Assembly: GCA_010015805.1 (NCBI GenBank)
Contig: ML978124.1
Span: forward strand, 682,001-746,000
DNA length: 64,000 nt
Direction of reading: 5' to 3'
From: Rhizodiscina lignyota
Lineage: Eukaryota
Below the pieces are notes generated by a model that saw nothing but the letters and a program-made list of their open reading frames with translations, made no database searches and was not told the origin of the DNA. This document shows positions 48,511 to 58,828 of this stretch, one piece after another. Every line of letters begins with the position of its first letter. Position 1 is the first letter of the stretch. The position numbers and the translations under genes are program-made.

Positions 48511-49845
48511 TCAATGGGCCTGTTTCGATATGAAGTCTTTCAAGAACTTTGTGCCTTCCTTCTTGATCATCGGCATAGCGTAGGTAGCGAATGCAGTAGC
48601 CGCCGTAGCCTGCCAATCTGGGCCGCCCCTCTTCCTGTGTCTATCCCCCCTATCCCTGTCGTCATAGTCATCCCTATACCTGTCTCTCCTGTCTCTGCTT
48701 CCCCTTCGGCCGCCGTATGCTCCTCCGCCATATGAATCGCGTCGTGGATCTCGCTCGTCCGGATAGAAGGGAGGCGGCCGATTGTATCCCCGCGAGTGCC
48801 CACCATCAGAGTAGTAATCATCGTATCGCGGGGCAGGCCGTCGTCGGCCATCGCGATCTGAGCGGTACCCTCTGTCTCGGGGATCGTAGCCATCAGGTTC
48901 TTCGTATCTTGGGCGACGTCTGGGGTCTCGAGGGTCGCCACGGTCACGATCGCCATCACGATCACGACGTGGGTCACGGTGAGAAACATTCCGCCGAGGG
49001 GGTTGTCTGTAGTCATCGTCGTCGTCGTCTTCATAGTTGTACGGTGGGGCAGGCGCTCGTGCCCGAGGCTCCCGATTGGATGCACTGCGGCGTAAGCGCG
49101 GATCTGGTCCCGGAGCAAGATAATCTTCTCCTCCACGGCGGCGAGGATCCACAGGTTCGTTGCCGTATTGCACGGGCGGTGCTCGCGTGCGAATAGGCAT
49201 TTGGCGGGGCTCGACATCCCGGGGGTCACCATCACGTTCGCGCGCTCTGGGCTCAACATCTCGGGGGTCACCACCACGGTCCCGTGGTCTGCGCTCGACA
49301 TCTCGGGGATCACCATCACGGTCCCGCGGTCTGCGCCGCGGTTCTTCGTCAGGACCGGGACCAGGGCCAGGAGGAGGAGGACCTTCTCCGCCCCTCCGTC
49401 GGGGACGTGGTTCATCAGGAGGGCCAGTGCGCTTCAGTGTCTCTCCTTCGTCGCTCTCGTAGCCATCCCGCTTCTCTCTGAAGCTTCGGTGGGCTTGGGT
49501 GTTCTTGCGTTCCAGATCGTGTCTGCTGGCCATGTCTCGATCTATTCTGCTAGCCTCAGAGCCTATCGGCGGGCGTCGGATAGGTATGTATCCGCCGTTC
49601 TCGTCGTCAGAGGAGCGCAGGCGGACCTGAGAGTCACGACGGTCTGCTCGTGGGCGCTGAGCGCGTTCGCTCGGGTCTACGAGTATGGACTTCCGGCGCG
49701 GGCGATCGCCTCGTTGAGGTGGCGCTGTATAATAGTCGTCAGAGCGGTCCCGAGGATCAACAGCGCGAGGGCGCTCACGGAATTCCCGAGAGGACACGTC
49801 GTCGTAAAGCCTAGGATCGTTTTCGTGGTCGCTGGAGTAGTCCAT
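48511..49845 (-). CDS. Arg/Asp/Pro-rich low-complexity hypothetical protein
   Basis: Long open frame with RD/PR repeats (3x GDPRDVE) and a more ordered C-terminus (YAMPMIKKEGTKFL). Confidence 0.7.
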   Translation of the reverse strand: MDYSSDHENDPRLYDDVSSREFRERPRAVDPRDRSDDYYTAPPQRGDRPRRKSILVDPSERAQRPRADRRDSQVRLRSSDDENGGYIPIRRPPIGSEASRIDRDMASRHDLERKNTQAHRSFREKRDGYESDEGETLKRTGPPDEPRPRRRGGEGPPPPGPGPGPDEEPRRRPRDRDGDPRDVERRPRDRGGDPRDVEPRARERDGDPRDVEPRQMPIRTRAPPVQYGNEPVDPRRRGGEDYLAPGPDPRLRRSASNREPRARAPAPPYNYEDDDDDDYRQPPRRNVSHRDPRRDRDGDRDRGDPRDPRRRPRYEEPDGYDPRDRGYRSDRDGRRRPAPRYDDYYSDGGHSRGYNRPPPFYPDERDPRRDSYGGGAYGGRRGSRDRRDRYRDDYDDRDRGDRHRKRGGPDWQATAATAFATYAMPMIKKEGTKFLKDFISKQAH

Positions 49846-50623
49846 TGTCAGTAGGCTGAAGTGAAGGTTTGTCGGGGCACATGCGACGTTGACGTGGTGT
49901 GGGGGCAAGCGGCATGCGGGTGGTGTGACAGAAGTGTGGGGGGACGAACCGACGCCATTGATCGATGCTTCCACGGTCAGACATGACTCGGAGGGATAGA
50001 AGTAGGAGGTAATAGTAAGAGAAGCGCAAGGAGAGAGGGCAGTAGAGGGATATAAGAGGAGAGGAGTGGGCGCCCTCCCCGAGCTGAGCGGCCGCCGGTG
50101 AGCAGGCCTTGCCGTGGCTGATGTGCTGTCTCGTTACAGCTCTTTTGACGCCTGCACGAGGACGTCAGGTCACAAGGATCCCGGTGAAAAGTTGTACCAC
50201 TCCCTGCTCCATACAACAGAGACAGCACCTCCCAGGTCTCCTCAAGGTCCGTTTCATCACCGTGAAATTCCGTCAAGAATATGCTACGTTACACCCCCGT
50301 TGTCACCAATTCGATCCAGATTTCAAGAAAGATTCAATGTCACTGCGATTCACATGCTTATTTGATCTTGGACAGGCAAGAAATGAGTCGGACTTGAAAG
50401 AGTTGGTTTTTGTAGAGGCCTACGTGGAGGCTAGTCCCACGTTTGATTCCATTTCATTCCGTTTGGACCATCATCCCAGTAGGCTCGCCCAGCCGCCTTG
50501 TAGTTCAGTCAAGCAAATTCAGAGAGAAAGCAAACTCCATGACCCGTCATCATCAGTCGTCAATGTCACCTCCCGGCATCCCATCATGAGAGGTGCCATG
50601 AGTAGAGCAGCTTTCGTTGCTGT

Positions 50624-51076
50624 CTAGTTCTTCTTGCACCAAGGCTCGTCGTCGCCAAAGCCGCACTCGATTTGAGGCTTGGGGGCAGGCTCGCGCTTCT
50701 CCTTGCACCAGGGCTCGTCATCGCCAAAGCCGCATTCGATCTGAGGCTCGGGAACAGGCGCACGCTTCTCCTTGCACCAGGGCTCGTCATCACCAAAGCC
50801 GCACTCAATCTGGGGATTGGGAACAGGCTCGCGCTTCTCCTTGCACCAAGGCTCGTCGTCGCCAAACTGATGATGGAGTCAGCTTTGAAATGTCTTAAAC
50901 TTGGAGTCACTGGTTTCACTTACGCCGCACTCAATCTGAGGCACGGGCTCGCGCTTTTCCTTGCACCAAGGCTCGTCGTCACCAAAACCACACTCGATCT
51001 GAGCCTTAGGGTTCGCAGCTGGGGCAGCGATGGCGATGGCGGCGCCCGCAACCAGCATGATGGCAGTGAACTTCAT
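50624..51076 (-). CDS. Second Kex2/Ste13-processed repeat precursor (alpha-pheromone-like architecture); intron 50867-50923
   Basis: Signal MKFTAIMLVAGAAIAIAAP; five identical QIECGFGDDEPWCK cores separated by KR plus X-P/X-A dipeptide spacers. Confidence 0.88.
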
Positions 51077-52274
51077 GTTGAAGAGGTAAAGGGCTTGATG
51101 ATTGATGTGGTTGATTGCTCTGGTGTGAGAGAGTTGAAGTGAGAGTGAGAGTGGTGAGGTGTTCGAAGTGGAGTATGGGTTGTAAGGAAGAGGAATCACG
51201 AGGGAAGTAGAGTACCTTATATATCTTAAGCTCACCACCTGATATGTGCAAGCGAAGGAGAACGGCTAGTCTCGGCTGCTTTCTACATAGCACGCGATAA
51301 GCTTTCACACACGTGAGTGACCCGCAAACTGCATGTGCAAGCTGAGGTTGAGCAAGTCTCATCGTTCACACGTGGGCTTGGATTCTTCAGCAAGTGGAGT
51401 CAATTTGAGCCGCAATAAGCGTTGTTGTACAGCAATGTGAATTGGGCTACATTTGATTCCAGGCGCTTCTAACACCTGACGCTGAATGGCATGATTCTTT
51501 CCCTGGTGAGTGCTCGAAGAGCGCAGCTCCCATACACAAGCGCCGTGGTCGATTCACGCTGAGCTCTGGCAATGTCTTGCAAATGACCTATGCTTTGGAG
51601 CACGTGTGAATTCTAAAACACGTCGTAGGCGGCACTACAGTGTCTTAATTACCCCATGGGGTCGGATTGAGATCCGGAACGGCAGTCGTGAGAGCGATGG
51701 CCTCACCAAATCGGTTAAAGTTACGTACATGACGTACCGACTACGATTGCTAATGGATCGGGAATGCAATGAGATCGGTATGGAAGAAATGATTCCAGTA
51801 ATTGCAAAGGCGGAGATTCACATTGTGGTTGTGAAGAAAACGGATATTTTTCGATCAAATAGTTGAGCGTCGAGCCCGATCAGCTGAACGGCTGCAAGCT
51901 TTAGTCTTGGTTCAGTTTCAAGAAGACGCCATGCGAGGTTTCGAAGCATATCACACATCATGTGTAGAAGAAACATCGAAGTACTCATTCAAGTATACGC
52001 TACCGAAACAAAGAACAGACCATAGTAGTGTCAATAACTCCATGTCCCACTTGACCCCCTTAATTCATAGCTGGATATCCGTAAATAACATCAAGTGACA
52101 GAACACTCAGTAACATCAGTCATGATAGTCATACAATAATATCAAGAAACATTCAGAACACCAACACCTGCAGCTTTGTAATAGAAAATAGCTCGGCCGT
52201 TGAAATCATTGGAAAGACAAGGCGAAAGAGTGATTCGAGAGCGAGCTAAACAGCTAGGGGAATCGGAGAACATT

Positions 52275-54173
52275 TTATTCATCAAACCAGCTACCAGAAG
52301 GGCCACCGGCCGCATAGAAGTCCGGAAGTTGATCACTGTGATAGTCGTTGGAAGTGTGGAGGAAGGAACTCGGCTGACCTGCTGGGAGATATTCATATCC
52401 CTGAGTGGCCAAGGATACATTTGTCGAGGGTGCAGGTTCCATTGAATGTCCTAGCGAAGGTACCGAAGGGATTACGGGCGGATCAGCTGGAGTTGCTAAA
52501 TTGGTCGTTGACTTCGATCTTCCCCTGAACATGGCTTTCAGTCGATTCGGAGTCTTAGAACGAGACAAGACGCCACCTTCCCCCCCTAAATCGGGCTGAG
52601 CCTCGAATGGAGCTGGTATATCCGTAATACCCATCTGGTACTGCTTTGCAAGAGCATTGGAGCCGTATTCATAGCCGACCGCATTGAAGGCCTGGGGGCC
52701 CATAGGTTCCTTGGGCTCTCCAGTGAGTTGAGCATTGTATTGAGGAATCTGGATCTCCCTGTATGTAGCGCGAGCAGAAGGTGCGTCGAAAGGAGAATTG
52801 CTGAAAGGTAGTTGGCCGTTTTTGGGTGAGCGTCGGAACGAAGGCTGGTCTAGTCTTGAATCTTTTCGAATTGATCTAGGATTACGGCCTGCGGGCTCCA
52901 TTTGCCAACAGATACGACGAGACCCTTCGTCCGAATCATCATCAGTCGTAGGATGTACAGGGCGATGGGTTTGTGTTGACCTTCCAGGTTTTCCTGTCGC
53001 TTCCATGCTTCGAGGGGGAAAAGATGGTACGACATGTTGAAGGTTCGGAACGTAGTGATTCGTCAGGTGACTCGAGTGGTGAACATTAGGTATCGACCCA
53101 CTTTTCATAGCGGATTGGTAGACCGTCTGGAGGAACTGATCAATGTCGTTGAATGTAGAGAGTTCCAGCTGATACTTGATCAAACCACAACTGTCATTGG
53201 CCTGCTGCCATCGAAACATCAGCGACCACGGTATATTGCCATGTAATGAACTGACGAGTTGCTCCCATCGATGAACTATGTTGGGTTGGCGAAGAAGGTT
53301 TCGGATGACTCTGTTGTAGCTCCAGTCCGCTGTAGTCTTGCCGTCAACCATGTGGGCGTGGACGTGCTGGCATCTCTTGTACCAAGGAGAGCCTTTGCCC
53401 TCCGACAGGCCTCCGATGAATACTTCGCTACAACCTCGGAAGCCGCAAGCGTATGCCTTCTTGTGGAGCTGAGTTGTCGTTGAACAAGTATTCCTGCAAC
53501 CTCGGTGTTCACTCGCGTGGTGTCTCTCAAAGACAGTCTTGCGAAGAAATGCTGACCCGCAGTCCGTACAGGTCACAAGTTGACCAGTCTCATGCTTGTG
53601 CTCTTCGTGTCTTTTCCAATCGCAAGTCCTACCGAAACCTCCTGGATGACATTGAGGGTTGAAGGTACACCAGAGGCGGCTTGGTTCAGGGCTAGGGCCA
53701 GTACTGGGTAAAATTTCTTGACACTGAGTGTCCTGAGGTATGATCTGGCGATCGTTGGGTGTCGACCGCGATTGGTTTTCTGCTTGAAGAGGTGCCAGGT
53801 TCTCATCTAAGGACATAGTAGACGAAGCTGAGAATCTTTTGAAGTTTGCCGAGTCTATGCCGTAGCTTGAGGCGCTCGTTGACGTGTTCATCGAGAGAGT
53901 AGAGCTTCGCGTTGTAGAAATGGTTGATGACGAGCTACGGTTGCCTTTTTGGCCCAATTAGCTATATATTACAAAATTTCAAGGCTAGAAGTGGAGATCA
54001 AATGCCATACCATGTCGTCTAGCATCTTGAACTGCGGAAAGCAGTACGTGGTTAGGATACTTCTGTACCAGGTGCATTAAATGGGCCTTGTCGGCTTCGT
54101 CGAAGCCTTCATATGCTGGAGAGAAAGTCAATTGATTTTGCAACCGGCCCCCTTGGTTTGGCTGTGCATCCAT
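52275..54173 (-). CDS. C2H2 zinc-finger protein; one 5' intron
   Basis: WCTFNPQC..FGRTCDWKRHEEHKH, CTDCGSAFLRKTVFERHHASEH, KKAYACGF..C..W..RCQHVHAH, WSYNRVIRNLLRQP. Confidence 0.85.
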
Positions 54174-56591
54174 GATTATGTAAAATGTCTCTCAGCAAAG
54201 GATTAAATGGATATGTGATATGGTAGCGACAAAGGTTAACGAATGTAGTAGAAGTTGAAGTTCTGAAAGGAGTGGACAATGCGTCGATCGCAGTGCTAAT
54301 GCTAAAGGAGTGGAAGTTGCTTTCGAACAATGAGCCACGAGAGCGACAGTCTGGACAATGAAAAGAGTGACTTGACTGCGCTTCGCAAGCTCGAAAGACT
54401 GGCCTGCAGCTGAGCAACACGGATTTATTTTTTGATTTATGTTTTGAGGTTGAACAAAAACAGAGGACGGGTTAACCAGATTCTGAAGCGCAAACTATAT
54501 ACCTACCACATCATCGATCGGCATGAGAAGTGGGCAAGCTTTGGTGGCTGCGGGCGCTGCCTGGCGGTCTGGCGGCGCCCCCGCCAAAGGACGAGCGCAT
54601 ATGCAAGCCAAGAGCCTCTGGGGCGCTTCTCCCCATTATTCGCTGATACATGGCAATCGTTTGCCTTGGAATCGCTAAGCCGTCCCTGATGATGCCTTTC
54701 GGTGAAGGCTATGCCAACATAAAATAAAGTTCTGAATCTCCAAGAAACGAAACAAGCGCTCATACCCGCGTAAGAGTCCAGCGTCGATGGAAATCGGCTG
54801 CCGTATCACTTGGGTGTAGAAGAAATTTCTGTAGCACTCCCAGTGGACGGAACGCCAAATGACATTACCAAGTGCGAGGTCATCATCTCTCAGCTCTAGT
54901 TAGCAAGACAAAAGTCTGCCTTGTCTGAATATAGTCGAGGCCTCGTCATTACTGTCCATGAAAAGTTTGAGGGGAATTGCAAAGTATGCAAATGGCCCCC
55001 GGTCACCGGTTCTGTGCTGGGAATCGCGGCCAGCGCCCTCAGCAGTTTCGGTAAGAGCGCGCATGCACCCCTACGGTTTCAGGAGGAGAGATGTCGAGGT
55101 CCTAGCAATGCCGGTCAGCAACGTTTGAAACGGGCAAATAGAGTCTTCGAAACAAGCGCCGGGGCGCTCTACCAACAGATCAATAGTATCAGATGACAGC
55201 CTTGCTCCAGCCCGCTCGAAGTATCCGACAGGAAGCAGCAGCCTTGCCAGTCGGACTTCTCAGCCTACCTTCTTCTCGCTTCTGGAAAACAAAAAGGGCG
55301 TGCCCTATAAAGAGCGATCGAACCTCCGTTGCGATGCTGGCTTTCGCCAAATACGCTGCGAAACCTGCGAAGGCGACATGGAGTGGCCATCTGAAGCGTG
55401 CGGAGTCATTGCCTGACCAGCGTAGATGATTCTTACAGAAGGGGGTGATTATCTGAGAAAACAACGAATACGAGACATGTATGAATGCGATGCATGCATG
55501 CATGGAAATGGAGAGTTGGAGAGCGGGCGCTGCAGTCGGGCGCAGTGAGGGGTTTTCGAGAAGCTGCCACCGCCTTTGGACGAGCCCCTGAGCACAAATG
55601 CAATCCGGTTCGGGGGCTCCCAAAAGGGCCATGCCCCAAATACGTCTTTTGCACTGCAGACCGGTAGAACTCCATGAGAAATTTATCGATATATGCCGAC
55701 GGCGGTTTCCCGCTGGTCCTTGATCAAATCGGCATTGGCTGGAACCCACCACCGCCTATCGCCGCGAAAGGACTGACTACCGAGGTCGCTTCGTCCATTG
55801 ATGCTAGGTATACGCGCGTCTGATGAGAGAGGTTCGGGTTAAAACAACTGAGTGGCATCTGCTTGGAGTATGTAGTCTTCTAATAAATGTGATTGGGGGT
55901 CGGCGTTAGGGCAAGCTGAGACCGTTCGGACGACGAATATTCCGTCCGATCTCTCCATACCAACGTCGACAGTTGGCTCTGATCAGCCTTGAATTCAAAG
56001 TTGCAGACGGCAGAGACAAACGATCCATTAGACGTGCCATTCATAGCATCTATTTATCTTTTGACGCTAGGACCAACACTAATCGCTATTTAGCCGGTTG
56101 CCTTCTCCGTTTACGATATCGAGTGCAATCTCCAGTCAGCCCCATAACCATTCCCAAAAACCAGAACGAGCAATGTAGGCTGTATTTTATCTATCGTGCT
56201 CTTGAAATTCACACTTTATTCATCTTTCTTTGACTGCCCGTACTCGTTCATTTCGTGATGGCATGGCCGGAGGACTTCCAGGGAATCGGCTGGGGATATC
56301 TCTTTCCTGGTAAGTAGACTCAAGAATCAGAATTGAGCAATCAACTTCCAAAAGATGAGATCTCATTAAGTATGCTTTCTATTATAATATGGAAGAGATA
56401 TTGCACACCTTACGTGTGCCCTACCTGAGTGTGGATATCAATTTCGTTTTGTGTTTTGAAGAAAGTAAATTGAAAACATTTATTCAGGAAGAGTTCATTC
56501 ATTCAAGGCTGTCTTGTTTCTATGATCACATTGCTTTCCCGGGGGGGTTTTAACTATATATATCTCGGGGTGTCTAGGTAGAATAATAATT

Positions 56592-56775
56592 TCAGCGATG
56601 GCGCAGTTGGCAGGCACTCTTGAAGTGAGTTTTATAATTGCAATTTCCTAAACAGGCTAACTTCAACATGTGATGGGCCATGGGCCAATAACAATGTAAA
56701 TTCGCACCTATGCACTTGCATTGTTATTGGTTCATTCAGCTCAGCATTCGAACCATGAAAACTACCTTTTTTTTC
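56592..56775 (+). ncRNA. tRNA-like / Pol III-type element 3 with about 20-bp hairpin
   Basis: TATATATA at about 56555, A-box TGGCGCAGTTGG (56599-56610), inverted repeat 56680-56699 / 56716-56735, B-box-like ATTCGAACC (56746-56754), T8 at 56767-56774. Confidence 0.5.
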
Positions 56776-57203
56776 TTTCTTCTTTTTTCCTCTCTTCTTT
56801 TTTGTCCATTCATTTTTTGCCCATTCATTTTTGTATTTAAGTATTTTGCTCCCTATTTCTATATACTCGGCGCATTGGACTCTTTCCGCATCTCCGATAA
56901 TCGGCTGGTCGGTCTGAGCACAATCTATATAACACAAGCTTTGACCACGCACGTTTGTTCTGTGAAGCACACTTGCATTGCCACGACGAGGCGTAACACG
57001 TGTCATATGATGAACACATGACTCATCAATTGCGCAATTCTCCCACTATTAATACCGCTGCCTTTCGGCTTTCCTTTCTCTTTCTCTAACCAACACTCAA
57101 CATCCAACATCTCAGCTCTCAACCTCTCAGCTCTCAACCTCTCTCCACTCCACTTTCTTCTCTCAAACTTCTGATACCACCCGGCCACAGCCACTATATC
57201 AAA

Positions 57204-58348
57204 ATGGTTCATGGTCTTCCAAGCGTTCGCACGTACAAGGACAAGTCGGGCAGGGAAACCTTCTTCGGCGAAGAGTACTACGCCGAACTGAGCACGAATG
57301 ATACTCTCGTCAGGCACGAAAAACGTGCACGGGACCCCGACTATGGGTAAGAGATCGCAATTTACATCTTTTGGTTGGTGGATAGGTATCCTAACACTGC
57401 AATAGCATGCCAGAAGCCCTCTATCGAGAATATGTCGACAAACACTCCGACATCTTAGAGATCCTGAAGAAAGCTCGCTACCAAGCCGAGAAGAAGGCCA
57501 AGCAGCCGCTCGACTATACCAGAATGGTTGTATACATGGACTATGACAGGTTCATGAACTTCAACTCGTGGTACGCAGAAACCCGCATCAAGGAATTCTA
57601 TATTCGCGGGAAGATGGCGGTCAAAGCCGCAGATCTCAGCGATATGGAGATCCTGTACGTCCAATGCTGCGTCGAAGCACGCGTCACGCCCGCGGAGTAC
57701 AGCATGCGCGAGAAGTTCATTGGCGAGTGGTGGGCGAGCACCAACGACGCCGTCGACCCCTTCCTCCACGCATACCGCCCCAATTCCGGGCTCCTCAGAT
57801 ACTTCAGGAGGGTGACGACCGCAGCCCGCGCGCTGCAGAAGGAGCTGGATGACTGCGGCGCAATTGATGCCACGCCGACGCCGGATATGCTTGCCAAGTA
57901 CGAGGAGCTGGATGAGAAGCTGCGCGGGCTTCTCATCACAAAGACACCTGAAGAGGAGGGCAAGGTGGAGGACCACATCAGCGTCTTCAACCTTGTGAAG
58001 CAATCTGGCGGGCATGACATGGAGGAGAAGGGAGTGATTGAGGAAGAGGAGGGTGAGGCAGCCGCGTCTGCACCGGAGACAGCACCAGCACCAGCATCAA
58101 GCTCCTGGTCGACGGCCGGCACAATGACGCTGACGATCAACACTCGGCCGTTCCCTGACAAGGGACCCGAGTACGACATTGTGCCGAGAGAGCCGCGTAA
58201 GGCGCATGATGCCGTGCACCAGGCAGGCAAAGAGAGGTTCGGAGAATTGGTGCGGGGGGGAGTACAGGCCGTTGTACTGAGCAAGGAGTTGACGATCAGG
58301 GAGAAGGTGAAGACGCTGGCTGGGCAAGACAACAGCACGGTAGAATAG
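57204..58348 (+). CDS. Orphan-family member C; exons about 57204-57346 and 57406-58348
   Basis: GTAAGA...CTAAC...ATAG phase-2 intron. QPLDYTRMVVYMDYDRFMNFNSWYAETRIKEFYIRG matches members A and B. Confidence 0.78.
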
Positions 58349-58828
58349 GCAGGCAAATAGAGGTTCTAAATTCAAAGTGTGCGTTCAAGGCGTTTACGAA
58401 GATCCCAGCTATAATTGATACAACGCTCAATCAACAGTGAAGGCTTATAGCTTTGAGGTATTAGCTAACTCTAACGATATCTCAGATGATAAGCCGCCAC
58501 TCTTGGGGCTGCAATTGCAAATAGTAGCGATGCCGATATTGCGGCCGTACTGGTGGTCATAAACGGACGACACTTGGGATCTGACTTGGGACGAACTACT
58601 TAGCCGCTAGTAACCAATATAGAGGGATATAGGATAAAGGAAGTCTCTAAGGGGCTGAAAGGGCTACGAATTCACAAGTTTCGCTCTTCAAAGCACGTGA
58701 GAACATCAATGAAGGTTCAATATCACATAGCTTAGTCATAGCTTAGTCACTTTGCACAGCTTCGTTCAACTTCGTCCATTTCTTCGCCAGAGGTTGTGTG
58801 GGCGCGGCCACACACTATGTACACACCC

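Noticed and set aside
57525..57550. VVYMDYD resembling the reverse-transcriptase YxDD motif
   Set aside because: It is not YxDD, the paralogs read IIYGNLD and IVFHGWD, and no other RT motifs are present.
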